64,000 bases of DNA from Theionarchaea archaeon (GCA_018992685.1 JACVGT010000011.1:160001-224000); one strand, 5' to 3'. Shown: positions 1-10,670, counted from the stretch's first letter. The notes: generated by a model from the letters alone, not told the origin. Translations and numbers: made by a program.

Positions 1-1786
1 AGTCCCAGCTCCTGATGGCGCCACTCATATAAAGACAGATTTTTCAAACCATGAAGATGTCTCCTTCGTCGGTCGTCCCTTCCGTTTGGAAGAAGCTGAT
101 GAACACTACACCCGACTGCAGAGCTGGGGATTCAACTGCCTCTGGTTCCTCGTTACCTGGGAAGCTATCGAACATGCGGGACCGGGTGTCTATGATAGAG
201 GCTACCTGGACTATCTTGAAGCCGTAGTCGAGAAAGCAGGAGAATATGGCTTTTTTGTTTTCATCGACCCGCATCAGGATGTGTGGAGCAGGATGACAGG
301 AGGAGACGGTGCACCCGGATGGCTCTTTGAGAAGGTGGGCCTGGACTTTACCACCTTTGATGCGACAGAGGCCGCCATTGTCATGCAGCACCGTTACCCA
401 GACTATGAACCCATGTGCTGGCCACAGAACTATAACCGATTTTCAGCAGCGACCATGTTCACCCTCTTCTTTGGTGGGAATGATTTTGCCCCGCATTGTC
501 TCATTGACGGTCGCCCAGTCCAGGAATACCTGCAGACTCACTACATCAATGCTATCACCCAGGTTGCAGATCGGCTGAAAGGTCTCCCTCACGTCATAGG
601 ATACGAATGTATGAATGAACCCCACCCCGGATTCATTGGAGTGAATGATCTCACTGTGCCCACTCGAGTTGCAGATCAGATCATGCCTGGACTGCAAATC
701 CCACCCTTTGACGGCATGGTTTCGGCTTCAGGGGTTCCTCGAACCGTTAAAGTGGCGGAGCTCAAGAGACTCGGAGTCAAAATAACTGGTGAAACTGTCA
801 TCAATCCAGGGAAGGTATCATGCTGGCTTCGTGACAGAGATGCCATCTGGCAGAAAGAGGGCATCTGGGAGATGGGTCCTGAAGACAATCCAAGGTTACT
901 CCGTCCCGATCATTTTGGAATAGTCAATGGTAGTCCGGTACTCTTCTTTACCGACTATCTCACTCCGTTTATCAACCGATATGCAACTGAAATCAGAAAT
1001 ATACACCCAAATGTCTTTATTTTTGTTGAAGGTGAACCCTATCATCCAGAAACAATGAAATGGGAGTTGAACGATGCTGGAAACGTGGTGAATGCCAGCC
1101 ACTGGTATGATGGTGTCACGCTCATTACCAAGAAGTTTTCTGCACTGTACAACTATGACATCACCACAGGAAGTCTTGTATTCACTCACAGGGGCATCAA
1201 GAATATGTTTACACGTCAATTAAGAAGAATGAAAGAAGCCTCAACCAGGATGCAGAATATTCCTACAGTAATTGGCGAATTTGGCATCCCTTTTGACATG
1301 AATAATAGACGAGCATACAAGACTGGTGATTTTTCCAGTCAGGTTACAGCATTAGCCATGAACTATGATGTTCTGGATTCCCTCTTACTCCACAGTACTC
1401 TGTGGAACTACACGGCAGACAACACAAACCAATGGGGTGACCAGTGGAACCTGGAAGATTTATCTATTTTCAGCAGGGACCAGAAGAAAACCAGTGATAT
1501 CAGCAGTGGGGGACGTGCTCTGAAAGGATTCTGCCGTCCTTATGCTCAAAAGACTGCAGGGACTCCACTGCGCATGTCTTTTGATCTGAAGAAGGGGAGA
1601 TTCCTCTTTGAGTTTGACACTGACCCCACAGTGGATGAGCCCACAGAGATTTTTGTCCCGCGTGTCCAGTATCCTGGAGGGGCTACCGTAGCAGTGACGA
1701 ATGGACAATTTCAGAAAAAAGATGACCACGTATTCATTTTTGCAGATACTCCCGGGCGGTGCATTGTGGAGATTTCAAGAGTGTGA
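1..1786 (+). CDS. Glycoside hydrolase family 5 (endoglycoceramidase-like), 5'-truncated by window edge
   Basis: Frame is open from position 2 (VPAPDGATH...SFVGRPF); motifs WEAIEH, IDPHQDVWSR, acid/base MNEP, nucleophile IGEFG, WNY. Confidence 0.9.
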   Translation, partial: VPAPDGATHIKTDFSNHEDVSFVGRPFRLEEADEHYTRLQSWGFNCLWFLVTWEAIEHAGPGVYDRGYLDYLEAVVEKAGEYGFFVFIDPHQDVWSRMTGGDGAPGWLFEKVGLDFTTFDATEAAIVMQHRYPDYEPMCWPQNYNRFSAATMFTLFFGGNDFAPHCLIDGRPVQEYLQTHYINAITQVADRLKGLPHVIGYECMNEPHPGFIGVNDLTVPTRVADQIMPGLQIPPFDGMVSASGVPRTVKVAELKRLGVKITGETVINPGKVSCWLRDRDAIWQKEGIWEMGPEDNPRLLRPDHFGIVNGSPVLFFTDYLTPFINRYATEIRNIHPNVFIFVEGEPYHPETMKWELNDAGNVVNASHWYDGVTLITKKFSALYNYDITTGSLVFTHRGIKNMFTRQLRRMKEASTRMQNIPTVIGEFGIPFDMNNRRAYKTGDFSSQVTALAMNYDVLDSLLLHSTLWNYTADNTNQWGDQWNLEDLSIFSRDQKKTSDISSGGRALKGFCRPYAQKTAGTPLRMSFDLKKGRFLFEFDTDPTVDEPTEIFVPRVQYPGGATVAVTNGQFQKKDDHVFIFADTPGRCIVEISRV

Positions 1787-2043
1787 GATTTTCAAGTACG
1801 GGCATGATTCGTGGTCCCATCCAACCCACTCCATGAAATCCACATCAGATATGTGCCCTGGGTGATCCTTCCATCCTCCTCTGTAACGGGCACCACCTCA
1901 TGCCTCCCACCTGACAGACTGCTTCTGGTGTTCGCTACATGTACAAGTGCGTGGTTCACATGCTGTAACCCATCGACGCGAGAGAGCGAACCTCAAAAGC
2001 TCGAAAAGGAAACCTTTATAAAAGTGTCTAAAGAGGAGCTCCT

Positions 2044-2241
2044 GTGACAGATAGGAAATTCTCAAATGGCATGCTTCTTCTTGTGGTAGGTCTTTTGATC
2101 TCAAGTATATCCTCAGTGATAGAGGACTTTGGGATTTTTGGATCTTCTGGCAGTCTTGCCATGGGCTTTTTTGATGGACTTTCAGTAGTGATGTTCGCTG
2201 TGGCAATCTTTTTTCTGGTCAGGAGTAGAAATCCAGCTTGA
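2044..2241 (+). CDS. Small two-TM membrane protein
   Basis: 65 aa with two hydrophobic helices; TATA (AACCTTTATA, 2011-2020) starts 29 nt before the GTG. Confidence 0.7.
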   Translation: MTDRKFSNGMLLLVVGLLISSISSVIEDFGIFGSSGSLAMGFFDGLSVVMFAVAIFFLVRSRNPA

Positions 2242-2383
2242 ACATAATTGTTTCTGTTATCCTCTCCAAGGTCTCTTCCACATGCTTCAGAAGTGAGTGA
2301 TGGCAGAGAAGTTCCTGTATACTGAGATCAGCCTCTAGAACATCTTGCGCAACCTATAAATACCAGATCATAACAGTTTTCCC

Positions 2384-3652
2384 ATGAAAAAGGTTGTGAT
2401 TATAGCTGTTGTTGTTCTACTTGTTTCCGGATGTGCAGGCCAGAATCCAAAGGTGGAAGACGCTGGCTCCACAGTAGCAGCCATTTCTGTCATCGTAGAA
2501 TATGGGAAAAGCCTGGACTGGTGCCCTGCTAATGATCTCATTGCTTTTGGCAAGATGAGAGAGGATTCGTACTATGATGTGTGCATCATGAAGCCTGATG
2601 GTTCCCAGGAAATATGTCTAACCGACAAGGAATGCCCTCAAAAGCACAATGGCAATCCTGTCTGGCATCCTTCGGGACAGTACATCGTGTTCACGTCTGA
2701 AAACGGTGATGTTACAGGACATGAATATGATAGGGTTTCCATCCCGGGAAGAGGGATAAACTGCAACTTGTGGGCAGTGACACCGGACGGAGAAACCTTC
2801 TGGCAGCTGACAGAGTATCGCACCAGTTTCACCAATCCCAGAGGCGTGATTCACCCCCAGTTCTCCCATGATGGCAGAACCCTCATGTGGGCAGAAAGAG
2901 TGGGGAACAAGGAAGGGACCCCCTGGGGAGAGTGGGCACTGAAAGTGGCGGATTTTGTGGCAGATGGGAATTGCCGCCTGGAGAATATCAAGACCTACCA
3001 GCCCGGTGAGTCACTGAGGTTTTATGAGACTCATGCCTTCTCAGGAGATGACACGAGAATCCTGTTTTCAGGGAACCTTCTCTCAGACCAACTGGAATGT
3101 GGACTGGATATCTACGAACTCAACTTGAAGACAGAGAACCTCAGGAGGCTAACTGATACGTTCAACGACTGGGACGAACATGCCCATTATTCTCCGAATG
3201 GGGAAAAAATTGCCTGGATGTCCAGTACTGACCTTGGTGACCTCGGGATTACTTTTGATGATATCAAGAACCATCTCTGGGGCCTCAAGTTGAAGACTGA
3301 ACTGTGGATCATGGACACAGACGGTTCACACAAGCAGCGGCTGACCTCTTTCAATGAACCCGGCAACGGTGAATACCCGGGGCATGTTGCTGTCAGTGAT
3401 AGTTCTTGGTCACCAGATGGAACGAAAATTGCTGCCTGCATAGCATATGAGGATGGAAAGGATTCTGGGAAATTCCGCTCAAGGATCATTCTCGTTGATC
3501 TCGGTGCCCAGAAAAAGGATTTCATAGGTACTTCGCATTTCGGAGCATTCAGGAATGTGCGACTCTTCCTGTTAACGGCAGTTTATGATCTATTTATCCA
3601 CCGATTTCCGAACTTGATTTCATTGGGTGTACGGTGGATAAATCTGGTCTGA
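2384..3652 (+). CDS. TolB-like/PD40 beta-propeller lipoprotein
   Basis: Lipoprotein signal (MKK...LVSGC); repeats PVWHPSG, PQFSHDG, AHYSPNG, SSWSPDG. Confidence 0.85.
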   Translation: MKKVVIIAVVVLLVSGCAGQNPKVEDAGSTVAAISVIVEYGKSLDWCPANDLIAFGKMREDSYYDVCIMKPDGSQEICLTDKECPQKHNGNPVWHPSGQYIVFTSENGDVTGHEYDRVSIPGRGINCNLWAVTPDGETFWQLTEYRTSFTNPRGVIHPQFSHDGRTLMWAERVGNKEGTPWGEWALKVADFVADGNCRLENIKTYQPGESLRFYETHAFSGDDTRILFSGNLLSDQLECGLDIYELNLKTENLRRLTDTFNDWDEHAHYSPNGEKIAWMSSTDLGDLGITFDDIKNHLWGLKLKTELWIMDTDGSHKQRLTSFNEPGNGEYPGHVAVSDSSWSPDGTKIAACIAYEDGKDSGKFRSRIILVDLGAQKKDFIGTSHFGAFRNVRLFLLTAVYDLFIHRFPNLISLGVRWINLV

Positions 3653-3744
3653 TAATGATCTATTCCATGTAATAGGTACTCTCGTGAGTCCTGTGGCCAG
3701 AATGGAATGGCAAGGCTTATATACTCGTAGAATAACCCAGCGCC

Positions 3745-4659
3745 ATGAATGATGAGGAATATCCTGAGCGTTCACGCCGAAAAGTAACAGTGATTGCCTG
3801 GATAGCCATGCTGATTGCCAGCAATCTGGCAATCATTCTCTGGCGAGAAGTATCATCAGGTGAACCTTCTTGGTGGCCCTGGATTCATGCAGTTGGATTA
3901 CTCGCGTTATTCACTCTCACCTTCATTGATGGAGACTTGAAGCCGCTTCGAGCATTTGTCGGAATTTTGCTTGTGATATTCATTCTCGGGTTTGGAGGCG
4001 GCTGGAAATGGGGAATAATTCCCTTTATTCGTGGAACTGACGCCTGGCTCACATGGGAATCCCAGACGCCCTGGGCGTTCTCAGCAATTGTCACTCACCT
4101 CGTGAGGCTCTCCCCCGCCTTGGTTATTCTCGCAGGGTTGCTACTTTCAGGATTGAGACGTCCTGACCTTTTCCTGGTCAAGGGTACAATTGATGCTCCT
4201 GTCGAACCCTCGCGGCTCCTTGGTATGAAGAAGCCAGAACCCTGGACGCGGACTGGAAGTATCTTTGCTGTGGTGTTCACGGTGGTTACCTTCATGTTCC
4301 TGGTTCTTTCGACCCATCCTACGGCAGATGCTTTCATGAATGTGCTGCCTCTTGTTCCTGTTGCTGTGCTTATTGCCGCAATAAATGCTTTTAATGAAGA
4401 GTTCACCCTACGTGCTGCTCCTCTATCTGTGCTGGTGTCCACCCTGGGTAAACAGCAGGCTCTCTTGATAACAACAGTCTATTTCGGGCTTGGACATTTT
4501 TATGGCGTCCCCAGTGGAGTGCTGGGTGTTCTCCTATCAGGGTTCCTGGGCTGGTTCCTCGGGAAGAGCCTCCTGGAAACACGAGGATTCTTCTGGGCGT
4601 GGGTGATTCACTTCTTGCCCGATGTCATCATCTTTACTTTCTACGCCATGAATGCATGA
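3745..4659 (+). CDS. CPBP (CAAX/Abi) family intramembrane metalloprotease
   Basis: Multi-TM; motifs EEFTLR, FGLGH, IHFLPD. Confidence 0.85.
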   Translation: MNDEEYPERSRRKVTVIAWIAMLIASNLAIILWREVSSGEPSWWPWIHAVGLLALFTLTFIDGDLKPLRAFVGILLVIFILGFGGGWKWGIIPFIRGTDAWLTWESQTPWAFSAIVTHLVRLSPALVILAGLLLSGLRRPDLFLVKGTIDAPVEPSRLLGMKKPEPWTRTGSIFAVVFTVVTFMFLVLSTHPTADAFMNVLPLVPVAVLIAAINAFNEEFTLRAAPLSVLVSTLGKQQALLITTVYFGLGHFYGVPSGVLGVLLSGFLGWFLGKSLLETRGFFWAWVIHFLPDVIIFTFYAMNA

Positions 4660-4781
4660 TTGAGATGGATGCAGAACGGGGTATTACGCAATGACGTTAA
4701 TCAATGTTGGTGATCATTAATGCTAATAATTATTGAAAAGAGAGCATCAACCTATATATGGTGTGATCCCCTTACGAGTTC

Positions 4782-5486
4782 ATGGTAGTGAGAGGCGACG
4801 AGATTGGAGACATCCTCAACCGTGAAGGGATTGTGGAGTACGGGATCATGAAAACATCTGGCTATGATCAAGAAGCTCCCGTGGGTCACAGAGCTTCAGA
4901 TTTCCTACCAACAGCCCGGACCGCCATCGTCTACATTTTCCCCGTTGATCGGGATGTCGTAAGAAAGTTTCCTCGGGATTTTGCTGGAGAATCCTACGAA
5001 GCATATGTAAGAGAAAAGAAAAGGGTTACTGACCTGCTCCTTGATGCGGGCGAGGTGCTGGCTGCAGCCCTCAGGGAATGGGGATTTGATGCCAGGGTCA
5101 TACCCAAAGGATCGAGAGAATACATGGGATGGATCTCGCTCAAGCATCTGGGGTATTATGCAGGATTGGGATTTCTCGGAAGAAGTTCTCTTCTCATGAA
5201 TCTGACCCATGGTCCAAACCTTCGGATAGGTGCAGTACTCACAGATTGCCAACCACAAGACCTTGCAGCGCCTGCGGGTGTTGAGGCAGTGTGTCGTGAC
5301 TGTAAGAGATGCATTACAGCCTGCCCAGCCCATGCTCTGGAAGTTCCCAGAGAAGGTGAACTGTACCGCATCTCCAAGGAGAAATGTCACAGATATTTCT
5401 GCAGAATGAAAGGCATTACCTACAGCTCAGAGAATGCCAATGTGGTTTGTGGCCTGTGCAGGCAGGTGTGCCCCGTGGGTACATAG
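4782..5486 (+). CDS. QueG-like (epoxyqueuosine reductase family) 4Fe-4S protein
   Basis: SLKHLGYYAGLGFLGRSSL...GPNLRIGAVLTD; CxxCxxCxxxCP and CGLCxxxCP. Confidence 0.8.
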   Translation: MVVRGDEIGDILNREGIVEYGIMKTSGYDQEAPVGHRASDFLPTARTAIVYIFPVDRDVVRKFPRDFAGESYEAYVREKKRVTDLLLDAGEVLAAALREWGFDARVIPKGSREYMGWISLKHLGYYAGLGFLGRSSLLMNLTHGPNLRIGAVLTDCQPQDLAAPAGVEAVCRDCKRCITACPAHALEVPREGELYRISKEKCHRYFCRMKGITYSSENANVVCGLCRQVCPVGT

Positions 5487-5515
5487 AAGAAAGAGATGTC
5501 CGGGAAATTCTGTGA

Positions 5516-7744
5516 CTACCTGAGGCCCTCAGCCAGGGCTTTCGCAGCTGCTCGAGTAGCATCACGATCTTTTCCTGCCACGATGAGCATGTCACAGGTT
5601 CCATACGGTGCCTTAATGTATTCCCATTCACCATCAGATAGTTCCCAGTCTACCCTAGAAATTCCTTCCGTGACGAGTTCTCTCACAATGATATTAGCTA
5701 CCGGTCCACCAATCAGGATCAAATTTTGCCCACACGAAGACTTCCATTGGCCAAAATCCAGTTCCGTGTCATATTGCACGAGTGTGGTTTCGTCCACGTT
5801 GGTGGGCCGTAACCGGGAATAGTCTACAGGGGCAACAAAGGCCGTCAAGTAAGAGATCCCATCCCCATCTTCGCAGTCAAAAGCCACATCAGTCACTTCG
5901 ATACTGAAGTACGATTTGTCCTCGAAGGATGGTCCGGAGATATCCCATGAATGGGTCCCCCGGGGGCACAGATTTTCGCACAACACAACGTTCAATTCAA
6001 CCATCAGCTGACCAGCAGCGTGCCACACTGCAGGATCTTCAATATCATATGTGTTGATGCACTCCACGTGCGACCCATCCGTGGCTTTGCAGTCATTTGT
6101 GATACTGCCATCCCTGTCTAGATCATCACCTTCGAGAAGAATCCCGTTCCAGTAACCAGCTTCGTATCCAATGTGTCCGTCGTTGCTGTCCAGAAGCCCA
6201 TTGCCTCCTGTGTCATCTGGAGCTACGGAGGTATCGGGTGGCCACAATCCAGTGCCTGGAGGTTGGTGAAGAAGTACTCCATCTTCTCTGTCATCCCATC
6301 CTGTCTGGTACACATCCAAGACCAACCTGTAATCATGAGGATCAGAAGTCCAGGGCGAGGCACACGATCGACCATACCAGAATTTCTTGTTCTCCAGCCA
6401 ATACACGTTGGCTCTAACAGCCAAAGTACCACCTTTACCAATGACGATCTGAACGCCATCAATGACAATGTCGGCCGCACTGAACAAGAGGTGTCCTTGC
6501 CCCTGGTCATCAGCATAGTAAAACCATGTGTAATCCGCCCATGCGCCCTCTTCAATGCGATGGATGATTGCTTTATCATAATCAGGAGAGCCATCGCTAT
6601 CGTAATCATAGCTGGCGAGAGCAGTCAGTTCTCTTGGATCTAGCCTCCTGTTTCTATTCAGATCATTGCAGCACGGGTATGCGGTGAAAGGGAACTCCTC
6701 TTCATAAACCCCAGAGGAGAATCCAGTCAGAGGATCCAGCGTCATCCAGAAATCTTCCAGAACCTCTCCGAAAACGGAAGCCTCAAAATAGGCTTTGTTA
6801 TTGTCAATATCTACATCTAGAAGTTCAATAGAGTAATCAGAGACGTCATAGAGATCTCCTTTTTTCAGCAGTACCTCTTCAAAGTGGGGAGTACCTGTTA
6901 TTACGTATGGCATACCGTGGAGATATCCAACATCCCCTGTTGTGAAGTTGATGTCAAGTACAGGGCCTGCGTCGATTACGGTATACACCTCTCCAAAGAG
7001 CGTAAAGCAAGGTAGGTGTTCATGTATGACCATCCAGGGTTCGGGGACAAAGAGAAGAGTGTAAGGATCGAAATCCACGGCAAAGGGAAAGCCTGGAGAC
7101 TCCCCTTTCGGCAGGTCCATCAAAACTGAGGGGGGGACAAAGATGTTATCTGCTCTGTACGTAATCCCGGGAATCAAGCTCCGCTCAGAAGGTTCCTGGT
7201 CCCGGATGTCTTTCTCCCACCCGTACAAACACGCCCTGCAGTCAGAAGATGCACTCGAACGTTCCACATTGAATTGAAGCTGGAATTCTTCGTGTGTCTC
7301 CCACGGTTGAAATGTGCTGTCTCCGTTCCCCCAGAAGGCATGGTTATCATCATCAAAGTACCACAGCCCTCTCAGTGAATACGTGAGAGGAGGGGTAGTA
7401 TTGTCCCACTCCGCATATGAAGCGCTGTCCGGCACATCAACTGTGGGGAGTCCTCCTTTTTCCCCACCGAGGAGACGAATATCATCATGAGAGGCTGAAT
7501 AGGCTCCTATTATGATGAGATCATCAGATTCGGTGAAGGTCATTGTACCAATTGCAGCCGCCAGCACGGTCGCTGATATGACATCCATGGCGGCAGCGTC
7601 CTTACCCACCACCAGAGTAACTGCAGTGGTGCCTGTTTCCTCATCGACAAAGAACTCGGCAGGAATTTCTAGGGAATTCGCACTTGAAAGCAGAAAGCTC
7701 ATCAGAACCATACCACCTGCGAGGACCCCATGTAGTTTATTCAT
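5516..7744 (-). CDS. S-layer family protein (Methanococcales/Thermococcales-type N- and C-terminal domains) with acidic Ca-binding-like insert
   Basis: Signal peptide; N-term LVVGKDAAAMDVISA; C-term NLILIGGPVAN...IVAGKDRDATRAAA; DxDxDG loops. Confidence 0.8.
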   Translation of the reverse strand: MNKLHGVLAGGMVLMSFLLSSANSLEIPAEFFVDEETGTTAVTLVVGKDAAAMDVISATVLAAAIGTMTFTESDDLIIIGAYSASHDDIRLLGGEKGGLPTVDVPDSASYAEWDNTTPPLTYSLRGLWYFDDDNHAFWGNGDSTFQPWETHEEFQLQFNVERSSASSDCRACLYGWEKDIRDQEPSERSLIPGITYRADNIFVPPSVLMDLPKGESPGFPFAVDFDPYTLLFVPEPWMVIHEHLPCFTLFGEVYTVIDAGPVLDINFTTGDVGYLHGMPYVITGTPHFEEVLLKKGDLYDVSDYSIELLDVDIDNNKAYFEASVFGEVLEDFWMTLDPLTGFSSGVYEEEFPFTAYPCCNDLNRNRRLDPRELTALASYDYDSDGSPDYDKAIIHRIEEGAWADYTWFYYADDQGQGHLLFSAADIVIDGVQIVIGKGGTLAVRANVYWLENKKFWYGRSCASPWTSDPHDYRLVLDVYQTGWDDREDGVLLHQPPGTGLWPPDTSVAPDDTGGNGLLDSNDGHIGYEAGYWNGILLEGDDLDRDGSITNDCKATDGSHVECINTYDIEDPAVWHAAGQLMVELNVVLCENLCPRGTHSWDISGPSFEDKSYFSIEVTDVAFDCEDGDGISYLTAFVAPVDYSRLRPTNVDETTLVQYDTELDFGQWKSSCGQNLILIGGPVANIIVRELVTEGISRVDWELSDGEWEYIKAPYGTCDMLIVAGKDRDATRAAAKALAEGLR

Positions 7745-7893
7745 AGTTTTCCTCCTTTCCTACTGCACTACTGAACAACAAGCACACTGTATGTCAGGAA
7801 TCATATAACTCTTTGCCTGAAGCCCGATGAACGACTCTTCCCACCTGCAGCCATGATTTCATCCATTACGGTTCTTCCTGACATGACACTGTG

Positions 7894-8736
7894 TCATCCT
7901 TTCTCCTCACTGAGGACGATCTCCGCCTTCTTCACTAGAGAACTCAGTTTCTTCTTTGAGATGCCAGTTTTCCTCTTCAATTCATCGAAATCCATATCTA
8001 CTACTTGCTTTAGCAGTACTATGCCAGCAGAAGACAGGGCTTTGAGAGTAAGGCTATCCAACCCTTTCAGGTATGTTGCAGGATACACCTGAGTCTCTCC
8101 AATGGATGCGGCCAGATCGAGCTCAGGGGGAGCGTTCCATCCTAAATAGTCAATTCCTCTGCAATCTGCGTATCTCCTGGCGTAATCTGAAAATTTGGTG
8201 TTACACACCAGGAGTATTCCATTGATTTTGAGGTCATTGTGCCCAGATTCAGACCCATCTGCAACATCTTCAAGAACGGCTCTGGCGATTCGAGCTTCAT
8301 CCAGTCCGGTGACAGTGCGGTAGTTGCGGTGGTGTTTTACTTCCAGAAGGAAGGTCTTCCCATCTTTCTCAATGATGCCATCAACCTCATGTTCCACGCA
8401 TTTTCCTGCAAGTATTTGATTGGGAGACACAGTGTACCCTTTTCTGTTCAGGAGAGTTCTGACAAAGTGTTCGAAATCTGGTTTCGAATTCATGAGAGCC
8501 AGGGCTTTTCTGAGACTTATCACATGCTTTGTGGCAGGCTTATACTCTGCCATGAGTGCAAAAATCATTTCCATGATTCTTCGAGTTCGGACTCCATCGT
8601 TCGTTCTGCTTTCTACTTCACTTGCCACAGTCTCTGCCAGCGTCTGAGAAGCGCCCATTCGTAGGCAGGTTTTCACAATCTTCCCCCTGTCAAAAGGTAC
8701 TCTTGTTCCATCTGCTTTCGTAACATACGTGGTCAT
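7894..8736 (-). CDS. ATP-cone domain fused to Mrr-like restriction endonuclease fold
   Basis: N-term VTKADGTRVPFDRGKI (ATP cone); FE...HEVD...LEVK PD-(D/E)xK core; C-terminal helical extension. Confidence 0.8.
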   Translation of the reverse strand: MTTYVTKADGTRVPFDRGKIVKTCLRMGASQTLAETVASEVESRTNDGVRTRRIMEMIFALMAEYKPATKHVISLRKALALMNSKPDFEHFVRTLLNRKGYTVSPNQILAGKCVEHEVDGIIEKDGKTFLLEVKHHRNYRTVTGLDEARIARAVLEDVADGSESGHNDLKINGILLVCNTKFSDYARRYADCRGIDYLGWNAPPELDLAASIGETQVYPATYLKGLDSLTLKALSSAGIVLLKQVVDMDFDELKRKTGISKKKLSSLVKKAEIVLSEEKG

Positions 8737-8871
8737 CAGTCTACTTGTGTTGTCGAGTTATTTAAGGTCTACCACTGTTCTGTTGGGCACAAAAGAGAAG
8801 AGATGCACACGCTTACTGGCGTGAAAAGAGAGTCCTCCAGATCAAAAAGAAAAAGAAAAAGGAAAATAGTT

Positions 8872-9660
8872 CTAGGGACGCAGTGTCCCTGCAAATACCT
8901 GCCATGCCAGCAGTGATTTGGCAACGAGACTCAGCACCACGTACATTTTTTCCCCGTAGAGGTAGTCCTTCCATCTGCCCACGTTCTTGTACTGGAGGAT
9001 CATGTTCACGGCAAAGAGGTTGAAGAACACAGCAATCGAGATGAATATTGCTATGACAAAGGTGGGAACTGACGTCCCCTCTGTGGATGAAGCGCCCAGC
9101 AGTGATATGAATATCACGATCCAGGGCACAACTCCTGCAATGCATCCGATGATGTAGGACGTCCAGCTTGTCTTTTCAGTGGTCTGGTTATGGAGCTCCA
9201 TCATGTATCCCATGAGATTCATGACCCCCGTGAGGGTGAACAGAGCCAGAAGTGTTCCGATATCATAGATTCCTACAAGCATGGCGATTAGTACAATCAT
9301 CAGTGAGGCACTGAAGGTGTATTCTATCCAGCGGAAGCTATTCATGTGCGACTTCAGATTTCTGACATAGACGGCGAATCCTGGGGGAGAAGCCACAACA
9401 AAATGAGCGATGGCTGACATAAACAGGAAGAGGGCAACTGCAGGACCCAGTGGCAGGTGATACAGTGTTTCTGTGGCTGGAACGAGACTGGCGGTTTCTG
9501 GGTTGAACTGGAGGTAGGTTGTAGTGACGGGCAAGGAGAAATCAGTGCTGATGAGCACCATGAGAATACCCTGAACCAGATGGAGAACACCCATGAAGGC
9601 ATTGAATTTCCGGAGGTTCTGAAATTGTCTCTCTGAACTAGCCCTTGAATTCTCTTTCAT
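8872..9660 (-). CDS. heR: Heliorhodopsin
   Basis: 7 TM; LHLVQG, AHF, RWIEY counterion and SLVAK retinal-binding Lys motifs. Confidence 0.95.
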   Translation of the reverse strand: MKENSRASSERQFQNLRKFNAFMGVLHLVQGILMVLISTDFSLPVTTTYLQFNPETASLVPATETLYHLPLGPAVALFLFMSAIAHFVVASPPGFAVYVRNLKSHMNSFRWIEYTFSASLMIVLIAMLVGIYDIGTLLALFTLTGVMNLMGYMMELHNQTTEKTSWTSYIIGCIAGVVPWIVIFISLLGASSTEGTSVPTFVIAIFISIAVFFNLFAVNMILQYKNVGRWKDYLYGEKMYVVLSLVAKSLLAWQVFAGTLRP

Positions 9661-9726
9661 TATGTAATATGGGAGGCAATCTTTATAATCTTTTCAGTGC
9701 AGGGTGTGAGACAGGTTTTGGACCAC

Positions 9727-10653
9727 TCAGGGGGAGCTCGGGCACGTTGAATCTGGTTCAGAGTCGCTGAGGTGGGGAACTGCTACGACTGTCAGATGTT
9801 CTAGGTCAGAATAACGGTTATTGACCAGATTCTGGATCTTGGTACTGATTTCATGTATTTGCTTTACTGTCATGACCTCTGGAACTTCAATTTCGATTTC
9901 TCCCTGAATTACGGGTCCTGTCCTCCTCAGCCGGGCGACACGTGCTTTTTCCACACCTGCAACCTGTTCAGCTATGGCCTGGATTTCCTGCCTTTTTACG
10001 AAACAATCAGCGTCACAGGCATCTACTAGGACAAAGCTTGCTTCCTTTACTGTGGCAAATCCAATGCTCACAATAATGGCCGCTATGATGAATCCCGCCA
10101 CCGCATCTGCCACCGGATATCCTCTCGCAGACAATATTAAGGCTATCACAGCCAGAAATGAGGCGGTGCCGTCCTTCACAGTATTGATTGCATCGAGTTT
10201 AAGGGAACTCAGCCCCATTTTTCTTCCACGTATGAATTTTTCTATACCCATGCCCCAAGCCACCAGAGCTGCCAGGAGGGCGACCACAGCTCCCACCAAT
10301 GGAATACTCACAGGGTGAGGATCTACCAGCTGCATATACGCCCGGTATACAATGTAGGACGCCAATCCCATCATGACCATTGCTGCACCAATTGAGGCAA
10401 GGTTTTCAATCTTGTAGTATCCGTAATGAAACCTGCTGTCTGGTGATCTCTTGAAGAACCTGAGACCCACCCACACGATTAGGGAGACAAACCCATCTCC
10501 AATGCAATCAATCCCATTGGCAGTGAGGGCAACACTTCTAGCGACTGTCTCGCCCATGACAACTTGAACAACTCCAAATCCCATCAGAATTAGAATAGTA
10601 AGTCCTGCAGCTCTCTGAGCATAATATAGCGGTTTTTCGTTCATGGACATCAA
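9727..10653 (-). CDS. Cation diffusion facilitator family transporter
   Basis: SVALTANGIDCIGD, PDSRFHYGYYKIE, six TM plus C-terminal dimerisation domain. Confidence 0.9.
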   Translation of the reverse strand: MMSMNEKPLYYAQRAAGLTILILMGFGVVQVVMGETVARSVALTANGIDCIGDGFVSLIVWVGLRFFKRSPDSRFHYGYYKIENLASIGAAMVMMGLASYIVYRAYMQLVDPHPVSIPLVGAVVALLAALVAWGMGIEKFIRGRKMGLSSLKLDAINTVKDGTASFLAVIALILSARGYPVADAVAGFIIAAIIVSIGFATVKEASFVLVDACDADCFVKRQEIQAIAEQVAGVEKARVARLRRTGPVIQGEIEIEVPEVMTVKQIHEISTKIQNLVNNRYSDLEHLTVVAVPHLSDSEPDSTCPSSP

Positions 10654-10670
10654 TAGTCACTTGATGGAGC

